Assembly: GCA_965248435.1 (NCBI GenBank)
Contig: OZ252100.1
Span: 3,648,001-3,712,000 of the forward strand
DNA: 64,000 nt
Direction: 5' to 3'
Source: Candidatus Latescibacterota bacterium
Lineage (GTDB): Bacteria; Latescibacterota; UBA2968; GCA-2709665
In this document: one piece after another, positions 1 to 9,963 of the stretch
Position numbering within the stretch: position 1 is the stretch's first letter
How the letters are laid out: each line of letters begins with the position of its first letter
The notes under the pieces: generated by a model
What the model was told of the DNA's origin: nothing
Databases searched by the model: none
Seen by the model: the letters and a program-made list of their open reading frames with translations, nothing else
Position numbers and translations under genes: made by a program

Positions 1-831
1 TGTCAACGCCTCGCGACGTTCCCAGACAAAGTCGGCAAGTTTCTGGACTTCCGTTTCAGCCCTTTCTGCATCCTGATCCGCAACGACAAGGGCCGTGGGC
101 CCTATCTCGGCGACGTCTGCATAGATGTAGCCCGGCGCGAAGGAGGCGGAGAGGATTCCGGGAAGACGTGAGATGCGGTCCACCTCAGCCATAATCTCCG
201 CCATGGGGCCGGATTCAGTGACCTGCTTCAGGATGTGAGGGAGAAGAGGGGGTTTTCGCATGGCCTGCACGGGACGGACCTCTCCGCGGACCGTTCGGGC
301 GATGAGTTCGGCGGCCTCCAGGCCCCGATCCCGCTGACGGACGTGCGGGCATGTTCGATAAAAGATCGTGGCTGTGGAATTCTCCACCATTCGCGGCGAG
401 ACGTTGGTGTGCAGGTCGAGCGTGAGCACGATAGGGAAGCCGGGTCCGAGCAGGGTGCGGATACGCTCCATCGTCTCTCCATCCGCATCCGGGTAGGCCT
501 CGCAAACCATGGCGCCGTGGAGGGCGAGGAGCAGACCGTCCAGCGCTCCGGCGCTCTTGAGTCCTCGCGTGATGTCGCCGACGATCTTCTCGAAGGCCTC
601 CTCTGTGACTGGGCCGGAGGGGGTGGCCCAACCCATCAGGATGGGGACAGGATCGAAGCCCTGTGCCTCCGCGCCGGCAATAAACCCCCCCATTTCGTGG
701 TGCGCATCCTCCCAAACAGAGATGACCTCTTCGCCGTAATGAAGGTTCGCCTCCTGGAAGTGCCGGAGGGCGGTTGGCGTTTCCGCAAAGGTGTTGGATT
801 CGTGCATGAATCCGGCCAGGGCGATTCGCAT
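1..831 (-). CDS. M81 family metallopeptidase (MlrC-like), 3' end truncated by the window edge
   Basis: Absent from the ORF track. My translation from ATG at 831 (GGAGG upstream) gives MRIALAGFMHESNTF...LHGAM...TLDLHTN...YRTCPHV...GYIYADV, typical MlrC motifs. The frame is open to base 1. Confidence 0.88.
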   Translation of the reverse strand, partial: MRIALAGFMHESNTFAETPTALRHFQEANLHYGEEVISVWEDAHHEMGGFIAGAEAQGFDPVPILMGWATPSGPVTEEAFEKIVGDITRGLKSAGALDGLLLALHGAMVCEAYPDADGETMERIRTLLGPGFPIVLTLDLHTNVSPRMVENSTATIFYRTCPHVRQRDRGLEAAELIARTVRGEVRPVQAMRKPPLLPHILKQVTESGPMAEIMAEVDRISRLPGILSASFAPGYIYADVAEIGPTALVVADQDAERAETEVQKLADFVWERREALT

Positions 832-979
832 TTTCTCTTCTCCTCCAGACAGTTACAGTCTGGGTGCGAGTGGGTAGGCGAAGGGGTTCCAATACCCTTT
901 ACAACGGGGGGTTCATTTTGTAAGGTAGACCGGATCTTAAGGCTCTGCAACGCCAAATTTGGCGCGATGGGGTGTCGAA

Positions 980-2077
980 ATGAGGAAATACCGCGGCGGC
1001 GTGATCGGACTGGGATGGATGGGCATGCTTGGGGACCTGGAGGGCAAGCGGGCCTGGGACCGATACGATGTGGATGACGTCGACCGCCCCACGCCAGAGC
1101 TGAATGTGCACCGCGAATTCCATTTTCACGACGGCCCGGGTGAAGCGCACGTTCCGCATACCTGGGCCGAAGCCATGTGGGACCGGCCGGAAGTGGACCT
1201 GGTGGCCGGATCTGAACGCGATCCGAAGCGGTTAAAGGCGTTCACAGAGCGCTACGGTGTCAATGCGGTCTATACGGACGCGGAAGAGATGCTGCGAAAG
1301 GAGCGGCTCGACATCGTGGCGATTGCCACGAACGTGAAGGGGCGGGCGGACCTGACCTGCCTGGCCGTGGAATGCGGGGTGAAGGGGATCGCAACCGAGA
1401 AACCGATGGCGCACACGCTCGACGAGGCCGACCGGATGGTGAAGACCTGCGCGGACGCCGGCGTACCGCTCTCCTGCGGGGCCATTCCGGTCAACCATCC
1501 CTCCTACGCAAAGGCCAAAGAGCTGATCAATGGAGGGGCCATCGGGGAGATCGTCTCGATCCAGGCCGAGGCACCCCACGCGCAGAAGCAGAACTGGTCT
1601 TACTTCGTAGACAGCGCGCCGGCCTGGGTGGTGGGCAGCGGGGAGGATCAAGCCAGGCGAGAGTCAGAGAGCAACGAGTTCGTCGGTCAGGGGATGATGG
1701 TGACGACCGACGGAGGATTCGTCTTTTTCAGAAGGGGTGCAGGTCTCCTTCGCGTAACCGGTAGCGCCGGCGAGATTGCGCTGGACCGGGGATGGCGGAT
1801 CTGGCAGGATCTGGACACGCCGATCGGAAAGCAACGCGTGGAGCTGCAGTGGCCGGGCCCGAGGTTGGCGGGCGGCTACAACGCCGTTTACGGACTGGCA
1901 GATATTATCGATTGTTTGGAAGGTCGAATGGATGAGCCGAAGAACTCCGGGAGGCGGATCGCCGTAGCGTTGGAAGTAGAGGTCGCCCTGAAGATGTCAT
2001 CGGCTCAGGGGGGCGCTCACGTGGATCTGCCCCTGAAGGACCGCAGCCACGGCCTTCAATACACCTGGTTCAGGTAG
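980..2077 (+). CDS. Gfo/Idh/MocA family oxidoreductase
   Basis: Rossmann VIGLGWMG, LDIVAIAT and ATEKPMA motifs. ATG at 980 chosen over the upstream TTG. Confidence 0.9.
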   Translation: MRKYRGGVIGLGWMGMLGDLEGKRAWDRYDVDDVDRPTPELNVHREFHFHDGPGEAHVPHTWAEAMWDRPEVDLVAGSERDPKRLKAFTERYGVNAVYTDAEEMLRKERLDIVAIATNVKGRADLTCLAVECGVKGIATEKPMAHTLDEADRMVKTCADAGVPLSCGAIPVNHPSYAKAKELINGGAIGEIVSIQAEAPHAQKQNWSYFVDSAPAWVVGSGEDQARRESESNEFVGQGMMVTTDGGFVFFRRGAGLLRVTGSAGEIALDRGWRIWQDLDTPIGKQRVELQWPGPRLAGGYNAVYGLADIIDCLEGRMDEPKNSGRRIAVALEVEVALKMSSAQGGAHVDLPLKDRSHGLQYTWFR

Positions 2078-2084
2078 GCCCGGT

Positions 2085-3794
2085 GTGAACAGCTCCACAG
2101 CGTTCAGGATCTCCAAGGAAGAGGCGCGCGCCTCCAGGGCGATGGTCGCCACGAAGCACGAACAGGCGACCCGGGCAGGGCTGGAAGTCCTGGAACTCGG
2201 CGGGAATGCGATCGACGCTGCGATCGCGGCCTGTTTCGCTACCGGTGTCGTCGAGCCGAACGCGGCGACGATCGGGGGTGGCGGGTATATCGTCTATCAG
2301 ATGGGCGATCGGTGCGGCGTCATCGGCGGGCACATGTGCGCGCCGTTGGAGGCGAGACCTGACATGTTTCGCCTGACCGGCAATCCGGGCACTGGAACGT
2401 TCGGATGGGCGGAAGTGGAAGACAACGCCAATCTAGAAGGCCATCTTTCGATCGGCACGCCAGGTGTCGTGGCCGCGATGTGCGAGGCGCATCGCCTGTT
2501 CGGCCGTGTCCGGCTGGAGGATGTGATCGCTCCAGCCGTCCGGCTTGCGCGGAACGGGTTCACGCCGCACTGGCACAACCTCTACGCCTTCGGCCTCCTT
2601 GCCGGCAACCTGTTCCAACACGAGGAACTCCGCCGGATCTTCATGCCTGGCGGAGCCATGCCGAAGGGCGACTTCTTTCATCCGGGATGCCTGCGCCAGC
2701 CGGAGCTGGCCGATGTGATGGAGGCGATCGGGCGAGAGGGTCCGGATGTCTTCTACAAGGGTGAGGTCGCGGGGAGGATCGCGGAAGATATTCAGGCGAA
2801 CGGCGGGATCCTGTCGCGGAAGGACTTCGATAGTTATACGCCGTTCGTGTGGGACGGGGGTCTTCAGGTCAGCTACCGCGGCCACACGGTGATCCTTCCT
2901 CCCCACGCGACGGCCGGCATCACGACGGCGATGACCCTGAAGTTGATGGATCGGTTCGATTTCGTGGGGATGGGTCACAACCGTGAGGAAACCCTTCACG
3001 CTTTCATCTGTTCGACGCGGCTCGCCTATGCGGACCGCTATGCGTATCTCGCGGATCCCGAGACCGTGGACGTCCCGTGGAGAGGGCTCTTGTCGGATGC
3101 CTACGCCGACAGGCGCCGGGCGCAGATCGGCGATCGCGTGCCCGATGAATGGAAGGCCGGGGACCCGTGGGTAGAGGAGGGGCGTCGTCCGGAAGTCGTG
3201 CACGAGCCGAGCGCTCCGCTGCTGAACGACGGCACGACGCACCTCTGTGCGGTGGACGGCGATGGCAACGCGGTGTCGTTCACGAACACGATCGGTTTCG
3301 GCTTCGGCTCGGGCGTGGTGCCAAAAGGCACCGGAATCGTGATGAACAACGCGATGGCCTGGTTCGACCCGGTGCCGGGGCGGATCAACTCGATTCTGCC
3401 TGGACGCTGGCCGTTGAACAACGCGACTCCGGCGATCGTTCGGACGAAGGACGGGGGGCTGATGCCGCTAGGCGCATCTGGGGGGCGCCGGATTACGAAC
3501 GCGGTCTCCCAAATGATCGCGAACATCGTCGATTTCGGTATGGGACCCCAGGCGGCGATCGACACGCCGCGGGTGGACTGTTCGACGCCGCGGACGAGCG
3601 TCCCTGAGGCGCTGGACGCGACGGTGCGTAGCGGCCTGGAGGCGCGGGGCCATCAACTGAAGGTTGTGGGGTCGGAGTACCCGGCAGGCTGGATCACGAA
3701 CTTTGCGAGCCCGACTGCGATTGTGCGGGACTCCGAGGGAAATCTTACTGCAGGTGTCGATACCTTTCACTCCGCACACGCGGAAGGTCTGTAG
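2085..3794 (+). CDS. ggt: Gamma-glutamyltransferase (Ntn hydrolase)
   Basis: GGNAIDAAIA, autoprocessing site GTTHLCAVDGDGNAVSFTNT, GIVMNNAM, GASGGRRI. GTG start. Confidence 0.93.
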   Translation: MNSSTAFRISKEEARASRAMVATKHEQATRAGLEVLELGGNAIDAAIAACFATGVVEPNAATIGGGGYIVYQMGDRCGVIGGHMCAPLEARPDMFRLTGNPGTGTFGWAEVEDNANLEGHLSIGTPGVVAAMCEAHRLFGRVRLEDVIAPAVRLARNGFTPHWHNLYAFGLLAGNLFQHEELRRIFMPGGAMPKGDFFHPGCLRQPELADVMEAIGREGPDVFYKGEVAGRIAEDIQANGGILSRKDFDSYTPFVWDGGLQVSYRGHTVILPPHATAGITTAMTLKLMDRFDFVGMGHNREETLHAFICSTRLAYADRYAYLADPETVDVPWRGLLSDAYADRRRAQIGDRVPDEWKAGDPWVEEGRRPEVVHEPSAPLLNDGTTHLCAVDGDGNAVSFTNTIGFGFGSGVVPKGTGIVMNNAMAWFDPVPGRINSILPGRWPLNNATPAIVRTKDGGLMPLGASGGRRITNAVSQMIANIVDFGMGPQAAIDTPRVDCSTPRTSVPEALDATVRSGLEARGHQLKVVGSEYPAGWITNFASPTAIVRDSEGNLTAGVDTFHSAHAEGL

Positions 3795-3857
3795 ACGTAC
3801 GAAACGTAACGACGATCCATAGATCGCAAGTGGAATTCAATCAAGGGAGATCCCTAC

Positions 3858-4622
3858 ATGAATACCAACAAGCGACCCTCATCCGAAGTGATCGAAGCCC
3901 TGTATGAGCTGGGGGTAGATGCCGTCACGACGACGATGGACGGACTCGGCGTGCGCCGGACGTTCATGCAGGGTCCGCAAATCCGTATCCCGGGAAGCAA
4001 GATCGTCGGTCCTGCGATCACGCTTCGCTTTGTGCCAAATCGGGAGGATAAGATAAAGGGGTTCAAGCTGCCCGGGGCGGACGGAGAGGGAATCGCCGAA
4101 GAAGAGGAGGCCGAGAAGAAGTCGGCCCTGTGGGAGATCATGTATCACGTGCAGCCGGGGGACGTCCTCGTTGCGGAACAGCGAGGGGACATCGCGACCG
4201 GTGTGGTTGGGGAGATGCTGGCGACCTATTTCAAGGCCCGCGGAGGGATCGGGATTGTGACTGACGGCTGCGTGAGGGACTCGAAGATGATCTTCGAGGA
4301 GGTAGGCCTGCCGTGCTGGACGACCAGTCTTACCACGGGCGGTGCGAGCCACATGAATCTGTTTCCTCTGGATTTCAACCTCCCGATCGGGTGCGGCAAG
4401 GTCCTTGTCGAGCCCGGAGACATCATCATGGCGGACAACGGGGGCGCGATCGTGGTGCCGCCTGTACTCCTGCCTGCGATTCTGGAGAAGGCAGGCGCAA
4501 AAGAGGAGCGGGAGATCTTCATCCGGATGAAACTGCGGGAAGGGGGAGAGATGAAGAAGTACTACCCACTGAACGAAGAAGGACAGAAGGAGTTTGAGGA
4601 GTGGCTCGCGGCTAGGAAGTGA
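3858..4622 (+). CDS. RraA/HMG (4-hydroxy-4-methyl-2-oxoglutarate) aldolase family protein
   Basis: GPAITLRF, PGDVLV, VGEML, GIVTDGCVRD, PGDIIMADNGG motifs. Confidence 0.88.
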   Translation: MNTNKRPSSEVIEALYELGVDAVTTTMDGLGVRRTFMQGPQIRIPGSKIVGPAITLRFVPNREDKIKGFKLPGADGEGIAEEEEAEKKSALWEIMYHVQPGDVLVAEQRGDIATGVVGEMLATYFKARGGIGIVTDGCVRDSKMIFEEVGLPCWTTSLTTGGASHMNLFPLDFNLPIGCGKVLVEPGDIIMADNGGAIVVPPVLLPAILEKAGAKEEREIFIRMKLREGGEMKKYYPLNEEGQKEFEEWLAARK

Positions 4623-4627
4623 GGACA

Positions 4628-4714
4628 GGGTACCGGGAAATCAAAACACGGGTACAGGGCACCGTAAGACTGGGCATCATCGTGGGCCGGTAGGGGCGAA
4701 CCTTGTGTTCGCCC
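4628..4714 (+). repeat. Composite repeat copy 1: 37-nt GGGTACC-heptamer block plus GTAG-foot REP hairpin
   Basis: 4628-4664 matches 40732-40768 with 3 mismatches. GTAGGGGCGAACCTTGTGTTCGCCC at 4690-4714 is identical to 40790-40814. Confidence 0.85.
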
Positions 4715-4777
4715 ACACGTGCATCACCTCGTGACATATGATTGTAGGCCCGGAAAACAAATAACGGAGGAAACAGG

Positions 4778-5611
4778 ATGCTGAGAATCGGCTGTGCGAC
4801 GTTCAGTTTCGGGGACTTGACGCTGGAGGAATCGGCCGAAGTGGTGAAAGGCCTGGGCTTCAACCTGGTGGATGTGGGGGCGGGATGGAGCAAGTATCAG
4901 CAGGTCCATCCCGCGGAGGCGGCAGAGGACCCCCAGGAGCACGCGGATATTATCAAAAAATGGATGGAGAAGCACGGCCTTGCGATCTCCGAGCTGTTCG
5001 TGATGCAGTTCGAGGATCCGCCGAATCACCCGGACCCGGAGTCGAGGGCGCGGACCCAAAAGCGGTTCGAGGGGCTCGCGACGTTTTGCCAGAAGGCGGG
5101 GTTCGAGAGCATCATGATGCTACCGGGCGGGGTCAACGAGGGACAGACGGAAGAGGAGGCCTTCGACACGTCGGTGGCCGAGCTTCAGAAGATGGTGGCG
5201 GTGGCGCAGGAAAAGGGCATCCAATGCAACGTCGAGCCGAATGGAGGCTCTGTTGCGGGAAAGCCGGATGACGGGGCGCGGCTCTGCGAGGCTGTTCCGG
5301 GGCTGGGGCTCACGCTCGACTATCACCATCAACTGCAGCTGGGCTTTAATGTCGATCAAATCGAACCGATGCATAAGTACGCGAAACACTTCCACGCCAA
5401 GCAGTCGGCACCGGGATCGGGTATGGCGAAGGCGGATGAAGGTGCGATTGATTTCAGGCGGTTGGTCCGAACACTGAAGGCCGAAAACTACGAGGGCGTC
5501 GTCTGCGTAGAATTCGTGACACGCCAGGAATTGATCGATCAGGGCTGGGACTTCAAGGTAGAGACGGGCAGACTCAAGGAAATCCTCGAAGAGGCCCTCT
5601 ACGAGAATTAG
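4778..5611 (+). CDS. Sugar phosphate isomerase/epimerase (xylose isomerase-like TIM barrel)
   Basis: Metal-ligand pattern NVEP...TLDYHH...HFHAKQ...DEGAIDF...CVEF. GGAGG RBS. Confidence 0.88.
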   Translation: MLRIGCATFSFGDLTLEESAEVVKGLGFNLVDVGAGWSKYQQVHPAEAAEDPQEHADIIKKWMEKHGLAISELFVMQFEDPPNHPDPESRARTQKRFEGLATFCQKAGFESIMMLPGGVNEGQTEEEAFDTSVAELQKMVAVAQEKGIQCNVEPNGGSVAGKPDDGARLCEAVPGLGLTLDYHHQLQLGFNVDQIEPMHKYAKHFHAKQSAPGSGMAKADEGAIDFRRLVRTLKAENYEGVVCVEFVTRQELIDQGWDFKVETGRLKEILEEALYEN

Positions 5612-5701
5612 AGAACCTGGGTTCGAAGTTGGATTCATCCTTCACCGATCAGTGACGCGAGAGTCCTCCACTGGAGGACTCTTTGACTGTAAAGGCGATT
5701 G

Positions 5702-6847
5702 ATGGCAGAGAAGACATACGGCGTTCTGCTCGCGAGTTTCAGCAAACACAGCCATCAGAATTTCTTCATCCCATCCTATCTGGGCCACCCCAGGATTCGC
5801 ATTGTTGCGGTTACGGATGAGTCGGATGTCGAGCCGGAGCTGAAAAGCCAGAACGAGAAGCGGGCACGGGAGCTGAACATCCCCTATGTCGAAGGATTCG
5901 ATCGGGCCCTGGAGCTGGACGGCGTGGATATCGTCAGTATCGGACACGAGATCGAGCGACGTGCCGATCTGGCGATTCGTGCCGCGGCGGCTGGCAAGCA
6001 TCTCTGGATCGACAAGTATATCGGTGCGACGATCGAGGAATGCGATGAAGTAGTGAAGCGGGTAGAGGCTGCCGGTGTAAAGTCGATCATTCCCAGCTAC
6101 GTTTATGGCGAGCTCGTGGGCAGGAGCCGAGCCGTTATCGACTCTGGAGTACTCGGTGAGCTTCTGGGCGTGCATGCGGACGCCATGTTCGGCAAGAATT
6201 TGCCTCAGGAGATTGCCGAACAGGATCGGAAAACCCCCTTTCTTCCGCCGGGACGCTGGAAGTTTCCAGACATCAAGCGGGAGCTGCTCACGGTAGGCGC
6301 CTATGCCGCTGCCCTTGTGCAGGGCTGCCTCGGCCGCATTTCACACGTCTGCGGGTTCGCCGACGCCTATTTCTTTCCGGAGCACGCTGCCCACGGAGCC
6401 GACGATTTCGGGACCCTCACGATGACGGACAGCGAGGGTCGAGTCGCGACACTGTGCGGCGGACGCGTCGGAATGGCCGTACACACCTACGGAGGCCTGT
6501 CTCGGGCGTGGCTGATCGGTACGAAGGGGAGTGTGCTCGTGGATGCCAATCGCCCGGCACTGGACGTCTTCGTGCGCGAGGATATCATCAACGCAGACTA
6601 CTCGATCCCCAGCCACGATCCGATGCAGTGGCATTCTCACGCCCCTTCCATGGGGACTTCCCTGGCGGAGGATCAAGGGGGGCTGTCGAATGGTCTGGAA
6701 GATCTGGTCCAGGCCCTGGACGAGGACCGCATGCCCGGCTTTACGGTGAGGGAGGCCAGGGACCATATGGAGATCCTCATCGCCGGCTATACCGCTGTTG
6801 TCAACGGAGAGACTGTGGACCTTCCCCTGAAACGCCAGGCAAACTGA
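5702..6847 (+). CDS. Gfo/Idh/MocA family oxidoreductase, atypical subfamily
   Basis: VDIVSIG, AAAAGKHLWIDKY (DKY in place of EKP), SGVLGEL, LIGTKG. Confidence 0.82.
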   Translation: MAEKTYGVLLASFSKHSHQNFFIPSYLGHPRIRIVAVTDESDVEPELKSQNEKRARELNIPYVEGFDRALELDGVDIVSIGHEIERRADLAIRAAAAGKHLWIDKYIGATIEECDEVVKRVEAAGVKSIIPSYVYGELVGRSRAVIDSGVLGELLGVHADAMFGKNLPQEIAEQDRKTPFLPPGRWKFPDIKRELLTVGAYAAALVQGCLGRISHVCGFADAYFFPEHAAHGADDFGTLTMTDSEGRVATLCGGRVGMAVHTYGGLSRAWLIGTKGSVLVDANRPALDVFVREDIINADYSIPSHDPMQWHSHAPSMGTSLAEDQGGLSNGLEDLVQALDEDRMPGFTVREARDHMEILIAGYTAVVNGETVDLPLKRQAN

Positions 6848-7752
6848 TGTCAGACAGACGCGTGGCTCTGGTCGCAGATCCTTCTCATTTTGAAATCGTC
6901 CGGGCCATCTGTTCCCGCTTTGAAAATGTGGGCGTCTTCAATCCGACCCGCTCGCGCTTCGGCGAACTCTCTTCTCCAATATTCACAGACCTCGAATCTC
7001 TGCTCCGACAGTTCGATCCCGCCCTCTGCTGTTTCCTGAGCCCTTACACTCGCATGAAGCAAGACCTTCCCACGTGCATCGATCGGCGGGTCCACGTTCT
7101 GTCCGCCGGGCCGTTTTCCCTGAATCGAAAAGAATTCGAGTTGGTGTCCCAGGAAGCGAGAGACAATCGAATTCACGTTCAGAGCAACGGTCGGCATCTG
7201 TTCTCTCGATTGCACGACACGGTTTCAGAACGATCCGGCGGTTCTGCATTCGGGCATCCCGTTTACTTACGTCTTTTGACCGGCGGGGGAGACGGGATTC
7301 TTTCGGCCTGGTGGGCAGCGTGCGAAGCACTGGCGCAGGCAGAGTCTCTCCTGAGATCGGGGGTCACAGATCTTCGCGTCACGGCGATCAAGAAGGGCAG
7401 GAAGCATCACGTTACGCTGACGGGTCAGATGGGCGACCGCGCGCTGGCGCAGCTCGTGATCGCCCCTGTTCATATGCCGCTGGGCTGCGACATGACCCTT
7501 CTGGGTACCGGCGGGTTGCTGTTGAACGAAAGTATCCATAACGCGACAACGGTGATCAAAGAGGGGGGGGTCGAGCTCCATTCGCACGATGCGTTCTGCC
7601 CCGATCCAGACTGGTTGAGGGACTTTGTGGAGAAGATCGATCGCTCCGACCCCGAGCTTCCGGATTGGAAGACGCTTTCGTTTCAGGGCCGGGTATTGCG
7701 ATCTATTCGTCAGGCCGTGCGTGAGGGTCGACCCGTGCGCGTAAAAGTGTGA
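6847..7752 (+). CDS. Degenerate Gfo/Idh/MocA-like protein
   Basis: ATG overlaps the upstream TGA (TGATG). IFTDLESLL, RVHVLSAGPF (EKP position), FGHPVYL, LLGTGGLL and the C-terminal IRQAVREGRPV resemble the Gfo layout. Confidence 0.65.
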   Translation: MSDRRVALVADPSHFEIVRAICSRFENVGVFNPTRSRFGELSSPIFTDLESLLRQFDPALCCFLSPYTRMKQDLPTCIDRRVHVLSAGPFSLNRKEFELVSQEARDNRIHVQSNGRHLFSRLHDTVSERSGGSAFGHPVYLRLLTGGGDGILSAWWAACEALAQAESLLRSGVTDLRVTAIKKGRKHHVTLTGQMGDRALAQLVIAPVHMPLGCDMTLLGTGGLLLNESIHNATTVIKEGGVELHSHDAFCPDPDWLRDFVEKIDRSDPELPDWKTLSFQGRVLRSIRQAVREGRPVRVKV

Positions 7753-7784
7753 TCCGCATCATATGAATACCGCGATTCATTTCG

Positions 7785-7913
7785 TCGCCATCAGGAGTTG
7801 GCTCCTACCGGATACAGTTCGCCATCACCCGGTAGGAGCCGTCTCCCGACGGCGAACAATTTGATCGCGGTGTCTGTCTCGGACAACCGTATGTGCCGTC
7901 GCCAGACGGCGAA
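7785..7913. repeat. Cluster of three REP-like hairpins (GTAGGA-stem-TCCN-stem-GAA family)
   Basis: Minus 7785-7808 GTAGGAGCCAACTCCTGATGGCGA. Plus 7832-7856 GTAGGAGCCGTCTCCCGACGGCGAA. Plus 7889-7913 GTATGTGCCGTCGCCAGACGGCGAA. Confidence 0.75.
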
Positions 7914-7939
7914 GATTTTGACCATAAGGAGATAAGACA

Positions 7940-8938
7940 ATGAGCGAAACCGCCAACGTGGGCCAGGCTCGGGACGAAGACAGGGAGTTCTTCGAGCGCG
8001 AACTGGCCTCTTTCGTGCCGGACCGGGTGTTCGATGCCCACTGTCACGCGTATCACGAAGACAACTGCACGCTTCCGGAGATCTTCTCAGAGATTCGAAC
8101 CGTGGGGTATCCTGAATACATGAGCGTCATGGAGGACCTTCATCCAGGGAGGCACATGGGGGCCCTGCTCATCCCGTCGACGCACGAACCTGAGAGGCTG
8201 CCTCACGCCAACGAGTGGGCGGCCAAGGCCGCTTCGGCCAACCCCGATTTTCGGAGCTCGTTCTTCGTGAAGCCAGACGATGATCCGGAGTGGGTCCGGG
8301 ATGAGGTGAAGCGGCTCGGGGCCTGCGGTCTCAAGTGCTACCATACGTACTCGGACGTAGACCCGACCTGGGAAGCCCAGATTCCGGACTACCTTCCTGA
8401 GAAGTTCATCAAGGTCGCGGACGAGGAGGGATGGATGATCACGCTCCACATGGTGAGATCCCGCGCGGTGGCCGACCCCGGGAACATCAAGTGGATCCGT
8501 CACTACTGTGAAACGTATCCGAACATGATCCTGGTCCTGGCGCATTCGGCGAGGGCGTTTCAGCCTGCGCACGCCATGGAGGGGCTCCCGCAGCTGACGG
8601 GGCTGGACAACCTCTACTGTGACTCGAGCGCAAACTGCGAACAGATGGCGCATCAGGCGATCATCCGGATCCTCGGGCACGAGAAGCTGCTATACGGATC
8701 AGACTTTATGGCGAGCCACGATCGGGGGCGATCGGTCGGTGCCGCGGACACCTTCCTCTGGCTCTACAACGACACGCCCGTATGGGTCGAGAAACATCTG
8801 ACGATCAAACCGGTGCTGGTCGGGCTGGAGCACCTGCGATCCATGAAATGGGCGTGCTGGTCCGAACGTCTGAGCGACAGCGCCGTTGAAGACATCTTCT
8901 GGAATAACTCGGCAAAGCTGTTCGGCATCGATTCTTGA
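7940..8938 (+). CDS. Amidohydrolase family protein (Amidohydro_2)
   Basis: FDAHCH, GLKCYH, ITLH, VLAH, LLYGSD metal-binding motifs. Confidence 0.9.
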   Translation: MSETANVGQARDEDREFFERELASFVPDRVFDAHCHAYHEDNCTLPEIFSEIRTVGYPEYMSVMEDLHPGRHMGALLIPSTHEPERLPHANEWAAKAASANPDFRSSFFVKPDDDPEWVRDEVKRLGACGLKCYHTYSDVDPTWEAQIPDYLPEKFIKVADEEGWMITLHMVRSRAVADPGNIKWIRHYCETYPNMILVLAHSARAFQPAHAMEGLPQLTGLDNLYCDSSANCEQMAHQAIIRILGHEKLLYGSDFMASHDRGRSVGAADTFLWLYNDTPVWVEKHLTIKPVLVGLEHLRSMKWACWSERLSDSAVEDIFWNNSAKLFGIDS

Positions 8939-8965
8939 TCGCACCCGGAGGGCGATAGAAAGGAC

Positions 8966-9952
8966 ATGGAAAGACCCCAGGTAGGCATCCTGGCTCGTCG
9001 GTCTCTTCGCGAGAAGATCCTGAGAGAAGAAGACCTTCAGCGCCTCAAAGGCTTCGCGGAAGTCAGTATGAATCCGGAAGATCGAGATCTCACGGAAGAG
9101 GAGGCGGCCCGGTTTCTGAGCGGGATGGACGCGGCCATGTCCTCGTGGGGAAGTTCGCGGCTGACGTCCGCGGTTCTGGAAGCGGCAACGGGGCTGAAGA
9201 TCTGGGTGCACGCCGCAGGTTCCGTGAAGACGAAGATGTGCCCGGAGGCGTGGGAGAAGGGGATTATCCTGACGAGCGCCGCGGCTGCGATCGCGGGGGA
9301 TGTAGCCGAGCTGACGATCGGGTTCATCACGATCGGGCTGAGGCGGATCATCCCCTACATGCGCGAGATGGCAGCGAACGAACCACCCGACAAAGCGGCG
9401 TCCCGTTCGCTCTACCGAAAGACCGTGGGGGTCATCTCGGCGAGCCACGTCGGCCGGCAGGTGATGGAGCTCCTGCAGCCCTACAACGTGAGGATCCTGC
9501 TGTATGATCCGTACGTGGACTCAGACCAGGCGAAGACCTTCGGGGCCGAGTTGGTGGACCTGGATACGATGGCGCGCGCGAGCGATGTGGTGAGCTGTCA
9601 CGCGCCGGCGCTGGAAGCGACCTACCACATGTTTAACGGGACCCACTTCAAGCTGATGAAGGACGATGCCATCTTCGTGAATACCTCCAGGGGGAACAAC
9701 ATCGACGAGGCGGCGCTGATCGAGGAGCTGGAGAAGGGGCGGCTGTTCGCGCTCCTGGATGTGTCGAGTCCGGAACCCGCGATGCCCGACAGCCCGCTAC
9801 GTCGGCTGCCGAACGTGGTTCTGACCCCTCACGTGGCGGGGCGGCCGTCCTTCCGCCTGGGTGAAATGGCGGTGGAGGAGCTTCGCCGCTTTTATGCGGG
9901 AGAGCCCCAGATGCATCAGGTGACGAGAGACATGTTGGACCGGATTGCGTGA
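8966..9952 (+). CDS. D-2-hydroxyacid dehydrogenase family, copy 1
   Basis: HAAGSVK, YDPY, VNTSRG (Arg), DVSSPEP (Glu), TPHVAG (His). Confidence 0.92.
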   Translation: MERPQVGILARRSLREKILREEDLQRLKGFAEVSMNPEDRDLTEEEAARFLSGMDAAMSSWGSSRLTSAVLEAATGLKIWVHAAGSVKTKMCPEAWEKGIILTSAAAAIAGDVAELTIGFITIGLRRIIPYMREMAANEPPDKAASRSLYRKTVGVISASHVGRQVMELLQPYNVRILLYDPYVDSDQAKTFGAELVDLDTMARASDVVSCHAPALEATYHMFNGTHFKLMKDDAIFVNTSRGNNIDEAALIEELEKGRLFALLDVSSPEPAMPDSPLRRLPNVVLTPHVAGRPSFRLGEMAVEELRRFYAGEPQMHQVTRDMLDRIA

Positions 9953-9963
9953 CGGGATGACTT

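Noticed and set aside
1-831. Microcystin degradation (mlr) cluster
   Set aside because: mlrA, mlrB and mlrD were not seen in the window, and M81 peptidases are widespread.
215-1077. ORF-track entries 215..892(-), 235..1077(+) and 228..488(-)
   Set aside because: They are shadow frames of the MlrC-like gene 1..831(-), which the track missed because it lacks a stop in the window.
6454-6846. N-terminal extension of the 6454..7752 ORF
   Set aside because: It overlaps the upstream Gfo gene out of frame and reads as low-complexity Arg/Gly/Pro. The coupled ATG at 6847 is more plausible.
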